NCBI GenBank assembly: GCA_043819385.1
Contig: JBDREW010000023.1
Coordinates: 1-49,959 of the forward strand
Reading direction: 5' to 3'
Length of the DNA: 49,959 nt
Origin: Candidatus Nealsonbacteria bacterium
GTDB taxonomy: Bacteria; Patescibacteriota; Minisyncoccia; Minisyncoccales; GWA2-38-27
Shown here in pieces: positions 32,110-40,886 of this stretch (position 1 is its first letter; each line of letters starts with the position of its first letter). Under the pieces are notes generated by a model. That model worked only from the letters and a program-made list of their open reading frames with translations, did not search any database and was not told the DNA's origin. A program made the position numbers and the translations under genes.

Positions 32110-35100
32110 TTAATTTTTTAAAACAAATTCTTTTCGTTCTTTGAATTCTTGCTTTTTACCAATATGCCATTGACCAACAGGACGTATGTATCCAACTATC
32201 CTTGAATAAACCTCACATGGCTGTTCAATAGCACATTTAGGACAATTAAAATGCTCACCTGACAAATACCCATGAGCAGGGCATATTGAAAATGTTGGAG
32301 TTAAAGTAATATACGGCAAATGATAATTTTCAAATACTTTTTTAACTAATGCTTTAGCCATTTGAGGATCATTTATTTTTTCCCCTAAAAACAAGTGGAG
32401 AACCGTACCACCACTATATTTACACTGAATATCGTCTTGAAGATCCAATGCTTTAAAAACATCATCAGTAAAACCAACCGGTAACTGAGACGAATTTGTA
32501 TAATAAGGGAATTCTTTTGTTCCAGCTGTAATAATATCTGGATATTTATCTTGATCAGCTTTTGCCTGCCTATAACTTGTTCCCTCTCCAGGGGTTGCTT
32601 CAAGATTATATAAATTACCAGTTTCTTCTTGATATTTTATTAATCTATCTCTCATAAATTCCAAAACTTCAATTGCAAACTTCTTTCCTTTTGGAGTTGT
32701 AGTTTGTTCTCCTAAAAAGTTTAAAAGTGCTTCATTCATTCCCATTAAACCAATTGTTGAAAAATGATTTCCAATATATGAACCTCTCATTTTTTTAACT
32801 GACTCTAAATAATATCTTGAATATGGATACAAACCCTTTTCCATAAAGTTGTCTAACGCCTTTCTTTTAATTTCTAAACTTTCTTTTGCTAAATCCATCA
32901 AACGTTCTAATCTGTCAAAAAATTCTTGTTTAGTTTTTGAGAGATAACCAATCCGAGGTAAATTTATTGTCACTACACCAATTGAGCCAGTCAAAGGTTG
33001 TGATCCAAAAAGTCCTCCTCCTCTCATGTATAATTCTTTATTGCTCAATCTCAATCTGCAACAATTAAAAGAAATCTGACCCAAAGAATGCAAAAATAAA
33101 TGATTTTTATTTAATTCTAAATCATAAAATTCTTTTAGTTTTTTAGAAATTTTCTTTTTAATTGACTTAACTCTAAGAATATAAATATCGCTATTCTTTA
33201 TTTTCAAACTTTCATTAGTATGAGCATTATATTTATCTATAGTATCAAAACCAATTGTTCGTGATTTTGAAAAACCAGGAATTTTTCTTCCATTTGTCAC
33301 AAAAGCAGGTGTTCTTTCTGAAATAATCGGATTATTAAGCCATCCATTATTTTCTTTTATTTTTGATTTGGCGTGTTGTATATAAATTCTCTGGCTATTT
33401 TTTCTTAATTTATAAGTAACTGGTTGTCCAATTAAAGAATAAAGCAAAACTAAATCCCTTGATAGCTCTAAATCATTTATATGAATTTCTTTTCTTTTAT
33501 CATAACCATCGCCCTTAAAATGAAATTCTAAAAAACTTTTAATAACTGATACTGGAGAATTAAATAAAATTTGGGGTTGTCTTCCATACTTTTTAAAACC
33601 GCTATTATATAATTTCCTTGATAGTTTTGTATTGTAAATATAAAGATAATAAGTATTATAACGAGGATCTTGTTTTTCTTTTCCCTCTAATCCAAAAACT
33701 TTTTTTATTAAAGATTTAACTAATTCTAAATTTTCAAAATCTCCTGTCCTAAAAGTAAATTGAAGACCTCTTGGTTCTCCATAATGAGTATAACCTTTTC
33801 TATTTTCAAAAAGATAATTTCCGTCAGCAACAAAATATCCTAAAATCTTTGCTAAATCTTCATTTAAAATAATATCATCATCTAATTCTTGATAAGTTTT
33901 TGACAAACTATTTTGAGCATTTTTGATAGAAAGAAGATAATCTCCTTTTTCAATATCCTTTGACCATTTCATTATAATTCCTTTTTCTGTAAAAACAGGA
34001 ATCGGATGTTTTGCTGAAAAAGTTGCTATTTTTCCATCTTCAGTAGTAATCTCTATTGTTTTTCTGTCAAAAACTCTTAAAAATCTTTTTACTGATGACC
34101 ATTCTGTTTTAAAAGTTTTAGGATTTAATGACAAAACTTCTAAACCTCCCTCTTTTTTACAATTTGTCCAGCCATACCTATCAAATTCTTTTGATTTATA
34201 CTTTTCAGCTACCTCTTTAATTGATAATCTTTTAATATTTTTAGAATTTCTAATTAAAACTTCTTCGTTTTTATCTAAACACATTGAACGAAAATCATCT
34301 GGATCCATATCTGATTTTACAAAATTTTGAAAATAATTAACTCCATATTTTGCAGTTGCTTCCCATAATGGCTCTAAATATGGATTATTCCAATCAAAAT
34401 CTTTTGTAATAGAAACTGTTGGGATAGGAAAAGTAAAAGGTCTTCCTTTTGCATCTCCTTCCATCAAAACCTCATAAAATACTTTATTAAAAATATTCAT
34501 TTCTTCCTGAAATTCATTATATGTTTCTTTCTGAGTTTTTCCTCCGATAATTACTGGCTGTTTACCTAAAGATGTAGGGGGTTTAATGTCTATGGTTGTA
34601 TTAAGGAAAGGAGTTTGAAAGCCGACCCTAGTCGGTACCATACAATTAAATAAAAATTCTTGCATTGCTTGTTTTACCTGAGCATAATTCAAATTATCGT
34701 ATCTAATATATGGAGCTAAAAGAGTATCAAAATTTGAAACAGCCTGAGCCCCTGCTGAATTTCCACACCAAGTAGCTTTACCTTTTCGTCTTACATAAAG
34801 AGTATGATTCGGCACCTCTAAACAATAAACTTTATCATTATATGCTATTTTTTTAATATTATCTTCTTCATTTTTAAATCTAAAATGCTTTGCTCTTGAA
34901 ATGCCAATATCAAACCAATGAAATTTTTCCTTTGTTCTTTTATAGATATTAGCACTCCATCCTAATTTTAAAACTATTTCCTGAACATCATCAGCTAATC
35001 TTTTACTTTTAGTAGAATATTCAATATTTCCATTACCTATGTATCCATCGCCTTTCATCATCCAATTAAATAAAATCTTTAATTGATTTTTAGACAAATT

Positions 35101-36570
35101 TTTAATTTCTTCTGGAATAAATTTATCTCCTGCTTTGCCAAATTGTTTTAAATATAGATATAATTGTTTATTGCTAATGTAAAATTCTAATTGTTTGCCT
35201 TGATCTTTTTTATTGTAATTAAAAGGTAATCTTTTTAAAATTTGTTCAAATTCATCTGCTGTTTTACCTTTATTCTGAGATATTCTTACTGCATATTCAT
35301 AATATGGATTTTTCCAACCCTCTCTATTCCTCTCTCTTAAATAAGTACATCCTTCAGCCACCCAAAAACCAAAAAAAGCTAACCAATCATTCATTTTTAT
35401 TTTCTTAGCTTTTATTTTTACATTTTCATAAACACTGTATCTACATTGTTTAATTCCAATCTCTGGCAATAGAAAACTTTCTTGTTTAACTGGAACCAAT
35501 TCATCAGCTGGAGATAATTCAAAAATACTTTCCAAAGAAGAAATAAATTGAATTTCCTGTTCTTCTCCTTGCCAAATTTTACTACCCTTAGGGATAAAAT
35601 GTTCGCTCACCTTGAAATCCTTAGCTTTAATAAATTTTCTTTTGTATAACCCCTCTTTACAGCGAGGACAATATTGATCAACCACCATATTATGATTTGG
35701 GGTTACCAATAAATCTAATTTCTTAGATTTAAAATTGTAAAGTTCGCCATTATAATTAAATTCATAAAAGTTACTTGGCTTTTGCAATTCAATCTCATCT
35801 GTTTCATTATTTAAAGTAAAAATCTCATCATCTTTTCTGACACTATAAAAATATTTCCATCCCTGTTTTGTTAAAACTTGAGTATCCTTACTATAACATT
35901 CACCTTGAACAGTATAAAAGAAATTTACTAATTGCCCTAAAGCAGTTCTGAAATGTTTTGCTGGTTTACATTCTAATTTTCCAGAAACACCTCCAAAACC
36001 ACGCTTTAATAAATCATAAAGATCCCAACCCATACAATAACAAGCTAAAATATCTAAATCATGAATATGAAAATCTTCGTTAGCGCCTGCTTCTCTCACT
36101 TCTTTAGGATAAATTTTATTCAACCAATATTTCTTAGAAATATGTGAAATTGTATGTTGATTTAATCCTTGTAAAGAAAAAGTCATATTAGCATTTTCAT
36201 ATATCTGCCAATCAAGTTCTTTCAAATAGCTATCTATTTTTTGGCTTGATTCGTCTAAAATTGAACCTGTTTCCCTTATTCTTCTTCTTTGCTCTCTATA
36301 TAAAATATATGATTTAGCTGTTTCAACTAAATCTTCTAAAATTAAAACCTCTTCAACAATATCTTGAATCTGCTCTACTTCAGGAATTTCATCTGTTTTA
36401 AATCTTCTGTTTATAAATAAAACTACTTTTTCAGTTGCTTTTTTTGTTTTTTCACCATCCCCTTCTCCAGCCGCTGTGATTGCTTTAAAAATAGCATCTG
36501 AAATTCTTTTTTCATCAAAAACTGTTAATTCTCCATTTCTTTTTTTAATTTTAGTAATATGATTTTCCAT
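32110..36570 (-). CDS. nrdD: Anaerobic (class III) ribonucleoside-triphosphate reductase interrupted by two inteins
   Basis: 1486-aa ORF. N-terminal ATP-cone (ITKIKKRNGELTVFDEKRISDAIFKAI), conserved GAQAVSNFDT and CCRLRL motifs, a C-terminal Zn-ribbon (CPAHG...CPKC) and the glycyl-radical motif SRIVGYIRP. The exteins sum to about 700 aa. Confidence 0.95.
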   Translation of the reverse strand: MENHITKIKKRNGELTVFDEKRISDAIFKAITAAGEGDGEKTKKATEKVVLFINRRFKTDEIPEVEQIQDIVEEVLILEDLVETAKSYILYREQRRRIRETGSILDESSQKIDSYLKELDWQIYENANMTFSLQGLNQHTISHISKKYWLNKIYPKEVREAGANEDFHIHDLDILACYCMGWDLYDLLKRGFGGVSGKLECKPAKHFRTALGQLVNFFYTVQGECYSKDTQVLTKQGWKYFYSVRKDDEIFTLNNETDEIELQKPSNFYEFNYNGELYNFKSKKLDLLVTPNHNMVVDQYCPRCKEGLYKRKFIKAKDFKVSEHFIPKGSKIWQGEEQEIQFISSLESIFELSPADELVPVKQESFLLPEIGIKQCRYSVYENVKIKAKKIKMNDWLAFFGFWVAEGCTYLRERNREGWKNPYYEYAVRISQNKGKTADEFEQILKRLPFNYNKKDQGKQLEFYISNKQLYLYLKQFGKAGDKFIPEEIKNLSKNQLKILFNWMMKGDGYIGNGNIEYSTKSKRLADDVQEIVLKLGWSANIYKRTKEKFHWFDIGISRAKHFRFKNEEDNIKKIAYNDKVYCLEVPNHTLYVRRKGKATWCGNSAGAQAVSNFDTLLAPYIRYDNLNYAQVKQAMQEFLFNCMVPTRVGFQTPFLNTTIDIKPPTSLGKQPVIIGGKTQKETYNEFQEEMNIFNKVFYEVLMEGDAKGRPFTFPIPTVSITKDFDWNNPYLEPLWEATAKYGVNYFQNFVKSDMDPDDFRSMCLDKNEEVLIRNSKNIKRLSIKEVAEKYKSKEFDRYGWTNCKKEGGLEVLSLNPKTFKTEWSSVKRFLRVFDRKTIEITTEDGKIATFSAKHPIPVFTEKGIIMKWSKDIEKGDYLLSIKNAQNSLSKTYQELDDDIILNEDLAKILGYFVADGNYLFENRKGYTHYGEPRGLQFTFRTGDFENLELVKSLIKKVFGLEGKEKQDPRYNTYYLYIYNTKLSRKLYNSGFKKYGRQPQILFNSPVSVIKSFLEFHFKGDGYDKRKEIHINDLELSRDLVLLYSLIGQPVTYKLRKNSQRIYIQHAKSKIKENNGWLNNPIISERTPAFVTNGRKIPGFSKSRTIGFDTIDKYNAHTNESLKIKNSDIYILRVKSIKKKISKKLKEFYDLELNKNHLFLHSLGQISFNCCRLRLSNKELYMRGGGLFGSQPLTGSIGVVTINLPRIGYLSKTKQEFFDRLERLMDLAKESLEIKRKALDNFMEKGLYPYSRYYLESVKKMRGSYIGNHFSTIGLMGMNEALLNFLGEQTTTPKGKKFAIEVLEFMRDRLIKYQEETGNLYNLEATPGEGTSYRQAKADQDKYPDIITAGTKEFPYYTNSSQLPVGFTDDVFKALDLQDDIQCKYSGGTVLHLFLGEKINDPQMAKALVKKVFENYHLPYITLTPTFSICPAHGYLSGEHFNCPKCAIEQPCEVYSRIVGYIRPVGQWHIGKKQEFKERKEFVLKN
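33064..34281 (-). mobile_element. Intein 2 (406 aa) with a LAGLIDADG homing endonuclease, inserted before the CCRL motif
   Basis: It starts FRSM|CLDKNEEVLI and ends FYDLELNKNHLFLHSLGQISFN|CCRL. LAGLIDADG motifs are ILGYFVADGNY and FLEFHFKGDGY. Coordinates were derived by residue counting (aa 764-1169) and checked against codons. Confidence 0.85.
34759..35898 (-). mobile_element. Intein 1 (380 aa) with a LAGLIDADG homing endonuclease
   Basis: It starts VQGE|CYSKDTQVLT and ends VYCLEVPNHTLYVRRKGKATWCGN|SAGAQA. LAGLIDADG motifs are LAFFGFWVAEGC and LFNWMMKGDGY. It spans aa 225-604, and the codons TGT at 35896-35898 and AAT at 34759-34761 were verified. Confidence 0.85.
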
Positions 36571-36610
36571 TATTATTTATACAAATGATAAAAAATTATT
36601 TAGACAAGAA

Positions 36611-36669
36611 TGAGAATATTTTTCAATCTCGGGTTGGCTGTGGGTTTGACGAATTGAAAAATATTCTTA
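36611..36669 (-). promoter_or_regulatory. Long hairpin in the nrdD 5' UTR
   Basis: GAATATTTTTCAAT (36614-36627) pairs perfectly with ATTGAAAAATATTC (36654-36667), and the stem is extended by flanking pairs. The 18-nt loop is GC-rich. It lies 40 nt upstream of the nrdD ATG. Confidence 0.5.
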
Positions 36670-36766
36670 TCCCTGTCCTTATTTTATGTTTAAAAAATAT
36701 ACATCACTTATAATTTATATATTCCAGCGACAAAAAAAAGGCGTTAACCTATTTATATATTACTTC

Positions 36767-36794
36767 ATTTTAACTATTAAAAAATGTAGGTCAA
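36767..36794 (-). promoter_or_regulatory. nrdD promoter (TTGACC-16-TAAAAT)
   Basis: The reverse complement of 36789-36794 is TTGACC and of 36767-36772 is TAAAAT. Confidence 0.55.
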
Positions 36795-36800
36795 GCACCT

Positions 36801-36816
36801 AAATCTGTGGATAAGT
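36801..36816 (-). promoter_or_regulatory. Perfect DnaA-box consensus (TTATCCACA) 11 nt upstream of the nrdD -35
   Basis: The plus strand reads AAATCTGTGGATAAGT and the minus strand ACTTATCCACAGATTT. It is a member of the 16-mer family also found at 7513, 7890 and 12835. Confidence 0.5.
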
Positions 36817-36944
36817 CATTAAAATATCAAAAATCAAAAATTAAAAATCAAAATGACAAATCAAAATGTAAAAATAAAAATAAATAATCTCTATGCTGTA
36901 AACAACAATATATTACAAAAAATATAAAATCTTTCTAAAATTTA

Positions 36945-37018
36945 AATTCAAGAATATATATTTATATATTAACAAATCTTGGTTTTAACGAACAAAGTGA
37001 GTTAGGTTCTTAATAATT
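36945..37018. repeat. ~70-bp repeat, copy 1, downstream of ftsZ (inverted relative to 39363-39436)
   Basis: The reverse complement aligns without gaps to 39366-39432, with 53 of 67 positions identical by my hand alignment. Shared blocks are AAGAAC, ACTTTGTT, TTAAAACC and TATATATTCTTGAATT. Confidence 0.6.
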
Positions 37019-37050
37019 TTGATATTTGATTTTTAATTTTTGATTTTATT

Positions 37051-37980
37051 TTAGAACCCTGTTGCCACAACTGTTACTTTTATCTCTCCTTTTTGTAGTT
37101 TTTCATCTTGTATTGCTCCAAAAATTACTTTTGCTTGTGAAGAAACTTCTTCTGTAATAATTTTGGCTATTTCATCTACTTCAGACAAACTAATATCGCT
37201 ATCACCCGAAACATTAAATAACACACCTTTTGCTCCTTTGTATGATATATCTAACAAAGGAGAGTTAAGAGCTTTACGAGCGGCCTCTTTCGCTCTTTCA
37301 GGACCCCTTGCTTTGCCTATTCCAAAAAGAGCAGATCCAGAATCTTTCATAATTGATTTAACATCAGCAAAATCAATATTTATTATTCCTGGAAGAACAA
37401 TTAAATCAGAAATACCTTGAACTGCTTGTCTCAAAATCTCATCACAAATCCAAAAAGCATTAGAAACTGTTGTTTTTGGCTCTAAAATTGACAATAATTT
37501 ATCATTAGAAATTGTGATTAAAGTATCTACTTTATTTTTTAATTGTTTTAAAACATTTTCAGCAATTTCCATACGTTTAATTCCCTCAAAAGAAAAAGGC
37601 CTAGTAACTATAGCAATAGTCAAAGACCCTTGTTTTTTAGCAATATCAGATACAATTGAGATAGCCCCACTACCTGTTCCTCCACCAAGTCCACAAGTAA
37701 CAAAAACAATATCTGCTCCTCTTAAAAGATCTTCAATTTCTTCTCGTTGTTCTTCTGCTCCTCGTTGTCCTACATCAGGATTCATACCTGCTCCTAATCC
37801 TTTTGTTATTTCCCTACCTATTCTTAATCTTTTATGACAATAAGCTCTTTGAAGATCTTGAGCATCAGTATTTATAGAAATCAGTTCTACTCCTTTAATC
37901 TTACATTTCATCATACGAGAAACAGCATTTGAACCAGATCCCCCAATTCCAACTACTTTAATTTTTGTGTTTGACTGCAT
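37051..37980 (-). CDS. ftsZ: Cell division GTPase FtsZ (core only, no C-terminal linker or tail)
   Basis: 309-aa ORF. GGTGSGA tubulin signature and NTDAQ. It ends at KVTVVATGF-stop. The start overlaps the ftsA stop (TAATG). Confidence 0.95.
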   Translation of the reverse strand: MQSNTKIKVVGIGGSGSNAVSRMMKCKIKGVELISINTDAQDLQRAYCHKRLRIGREITKGLGAGMNPDVGQRGAEEQREEIEDLLRGADIVFVTCGLGGGTGSGAISIVSDIAKKQGSLTIAIVTRPFSFEGIKRMEIAENVLKQLKNKVDTLITISNDKLLSILEPKTTVSNAFWICDEILRQAVQGISDLIVLPGIINIDFADVKSIMKDSGSALFGIGKARGPERAKEAARKALNSPLLDISYKGAKGVLFNVSGDSDISLSEVDEIAKIITEEVSSQAKVIFGAIQDEKLQKGEIKVTVVATGF

Positions 37981-39233
37981 TATGGTATGAAACTCTTAAA
38001 CATTTTTTTAAACAAAAACCAAACTTTTTTTATAATATTAGGAGAAGAATATGAAGTTAGAAGAGGATCTTCTCCTAAATCTGCTCCTTCTAAAATTAAA
38101 CCATAAAGTGCTGATAAGCTTGGATCTTGCTCAAAAGAAGAAATTCCCATAGGGGCACCAATCCGACAAAATAATTTTAATTCTTTTTTAGCTAATCCTT
38201 TAATGCCTGGTATTCTTGCCCCTCCGCCAGTTAAAACTATTCCACATGGAAGTTGAGATTGTTTTGAAATTTTCTTTAATTCTTTATTAACTAAATTAAA
38301 AATTTCAGAAACCCTTGCTTCAATAATCTGAGATAACATTTTTTGAGAAAAAACAAGCGGTTCCTCTCCTTGAATTTCTATCTTTTTTTCAACTTTATTA
38401 CTTTTACCACAAGAAGCAAAGTTTTTGCAAGTACCAAACTCTAATTTTATTTTTTCGGCAGTATCAATGTCCGTCTTAAGACAAACAGCAATGTCATTAG
38501 TAATATGTCCGGAACCAATTGGAAAGATAATTGTATGAATTAAACTCCCATCATCAAAGACACTCATTCCTGTTGTCCCAGCTCCTATATCTAAAATACA
38601 AACACCTAATTCTTTTTCACGAGCTGTTAACACTGCTCTTGCACTAGCCAAAGGGCTTGGAGTTAATCCATTAATTTGAAGTCCTGAATTTAAAATAGCA
38701 TTACTTGAATTTTTAATATATGGAGAAAATCCTCTAAGTAATAATACATCAGTTTCTAATCTTCCTCCCTGCATATCTGTTGGATCTTTTATCCCTCCTT
38801 CTCCATCAACAATAAATTCCTTTGGAAATGTTTCAATAATTTCTTTATTTTTATCAGATAAAGGAAGTGTTTGAGCTTCTTGAATAACTCTATTAATATC
38901 TTCTTCTGAAATCTTTTGGTCAGCTCGAGAAACAGAAATCAATCCACGAGAAAACATACTTGATATATGACCGCCTCCAAGAGTAGCATAAACATCTTCT
39001 ATTTTTTTCCCTGAATCTTCTTCAATCTTTCCTATCAAAGAAGATATCACTCTTGATACTTTCAAAACATCAATTATAACTCCTCTTTTAACTCCTGAAG
39101 AAGTTTGCTGTCCTTGACCTAAAATCTCAAAATTTGATTCTTTTGGTTTTTTCAAAACCGAAATAACCTTTACAGAACCAGACCCAATATCTAACGCAGT
39201 AATAATATATGGCTTTGACATTAAAATTTTCAA
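37980..39233 (-). CDS. ftsA: Cell division protein FtsA
   Basis: 417-aa actin-fold ORF (DIGSGSVKV, ILDIGAGTT, VLTGGGARIPG) with a C-terminal amphipathic helix KKVWFLFKKMFKSF. Confidence 0.9.
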   Translation of the reverse strand: MKILMSKPYIITALDIGSGSVKVISVLKKPKESNFEILGQGQQTSSGVKRGVIIDVLKVSRVISSLIGKIEEDSGKKIEDVYATLGGGHISSMFSRGLISVSRADQKISEEDINRVIQEAQTLPLSDKNKEIIETFPKEFIVDGEGGIKDPTDMQGGRLETDVLLLRGFSPYIKNSSNAILNSGLQINGLTPSPLASARAVLTAREKELGVCILDIGAGTTGMSVFDDGSLIHTIIFPIGSGHITNDIAVCLKTDIDTAEKIKLEFGTCKNFASCGKSNKVEKKIEIQGEEPLVFSQKMLSQIIEARVSEIFNLVNKELKKISKQSQLPCGIVLTGGGARIPGIKGLAKKELKLFCRIGAPMGISSFEQDPSLSALYGLILEGADLGEDPLLTSYSSPNIIKKVWFLFKKMFKSFIP

Positions 39234-39362
39234 TTTTCAATTTACAATTTTCAATCAATGATTTAATTTTCAATTTTCAAACAATCTGAAAATTAAATCA
39301 TTGCCACAATTTTATCAAAAATTATCAATAAAATCAGGGAAATATTATAAATTAAAAAAGTT

Positions 39363-39436
39363 ATAAGAACTTAATTTACTTTGTTTATTAAAACCTTAAT
39401 TCACTAATGTAAAATTATATATTCTTGAATTAAAAA
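39363..39436. repeat. ~70-bp repeat, copy 2, upstream of ftsA
   Basis: See 36945-37018. It abuts the ybeY stop codon. Confidence 0.6.
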
Positions 39437-39859
39437 TTAAACTTTTAATAAATATTTCTCTTGTTTTCCAAACATTTTTTTGGCTTCTTTCTCTGTGTTC
39501 TCATGTTCATATCCTAAAATATGTAAAACCCCATGAACTAAAACACGGTTCAATTCTTTATTATACTCTATATTGAATTTTTTTGCATTCTTTTTTACTA
39601 TCTGTGGGCAAATCACTATTTCTCCAAGTTCTAATTCAGGAATATCAGGAAACTTTTCAACAGCTGAAAAAGATAAAACATCTGTTGGTTTATCTTTTTT
39701 CCTATATTTTTTATTTAATTCTCTTATTCTTTTCGCTCCAACAAAAACAATTGATAAATTTTCTTTTTCTTGATTTTCCCCTTTTAAAACATTTTCTATA
39801 ATTCCCTTTAAAAGCTTCTTATTAACAGAACTTTTTGTTAAATTATTTATCTCTATCAT
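39437..39859 (-). CDS. ybeY: rRNA maturation endoribonuclease YbeY
   Basis: 140-aa ORF with the zinc motif HGVLHILGYEH. Confidence 0.9.
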   Translation of the reverse strand: MIEINNLTKSSVNKKLLKGIIENVLKGENQEKENLSIVFVGAKRIRELNKKYRKKDKPTDVLSFSAVEKFPDIPELELGEIVICPQIVKKNAKKFNIEYNKELNRVLVHGVLHILGYEHENTEKEAKKMFGKQEKYLLKV

Positions 39860-39881
39860 GAATACAAAACTAATATCTACA

Positions 39882-40382
39882 TTATTTATTCAATAATTCC
39901 CTAACTATTCTATTTACTTTATTTCCATCTGCTTTTCCTTTTATTTTTGGCATTATCTCTGCCATTACTTTTCCCATATCTTTTATTTCAGAGGCCCCAA
40001 CTTTTTCAACTGCTATTTTAACAATTTGCTCAATCTCATCAGATGACATTTGTTTTGGCAAATATCTTTGTAAAATCTCTAAATCTTTTTTTTCTTTCTC
40101 AACAAGATCATTCCTCCCTCCTTTTTCAAATTCTAAAATTGATTCCTTTACTTTCTTTGCTTCAGAAAAAATAATTTCTAATACTTCTTCATCTGTTAAA
40201 TTGGACTTTTTCACAATTTCTTGCTCGTTTAATTCTGCTTCTTCTTGACTAATTTTATATATTTTTTCTTTTTCTTTATTTAAAATAGCCGATAAAACTA
40301 AACGCAAAACAGAACGAGTTAATTCGTCCTTATTTTTAAGAGATTCTGAAAGATTATCTTTAATCTTTTGTTTTAACATCAT
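39882..40382 (-). CDS. GatB/YqeY domain protein
   Basis: 166-aa ORF. LKNKDELTRSVLRLVLSAI...YLPKQMS..EI...V is the typical YqeY pattern. Confidence 0.75.
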   Translation of the reverse strand: MMLKQKIKDNLSESLKNKDELTRSVLRLVLSAILNKEKEKIYKISQEEAELNEQEIVKKSNLTDEEVLEIIFSEAKKVKESILEFEKGGRNDLVEKEKKDLEILQRYLPKQMSSDEIEQIVKIAVEKVGASEIKDMGKVMAEIMPKIKGKADGNKVNRIVRELLNK

Positions 40383-40447
40383 AAAATATCAAGATATAAC
40401 GAGTTGGTTATTTATTGATATCACTATTATTAGTTAACTCTTATTTT

Positions 40448-40690
40448 TTATCTTTTCCAGCCTCTTATTTTTGGCACAATTAGACCCATCTTTTCCTTTT
40501 TTTCATACTCTTTTTTTGATTCTACTTTTCGTAAAGCAGATCTTTTTTTCATTTGAGTACTTTTTTCTTTTTGTTTGAAGCGAGATTTTCTTGCTCCAAT
40601 CAAAATTCCGCTTCTTTTAATTCTTTTTGAAAAGCGACGAACCAAACTTTGAGATGTTTCTCTCTCTTGTTTTTTTATTTCTAATGGCAT
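40448..40690 (-). CDS. rpsU: 30S ribosomal protein S21
   Basis: 80-aa basic ORF. ETSQSLVRRFSKRIKRSGILIGARKSRF fits bS21. Confidence 0.8.
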   Translation of the reverse strand: MPLEIKKQERETSQSLVRRFSKRIKRSGILIGARKSRFKQKEKSTQMKKRSALRKVESKKEYEKKEKMGLIVPKIRGWKR

Positions 40691-40886
40691 AATAATTTAA
40701 AATTAAAAATCAAAATAACATATTATCTATCACAACTAGAAATTTCTTTGAAATTTTAGTGTAAAGACAAGAAAATTAAAATTATTGAAAAATATATTTT
40801 ATCGTGCGAAGCACGATACATAAATTTTGATATTTAAATTTAAGAATATATAATTTTACCTTAACGAATCAAGGTTCTGTTCTATT

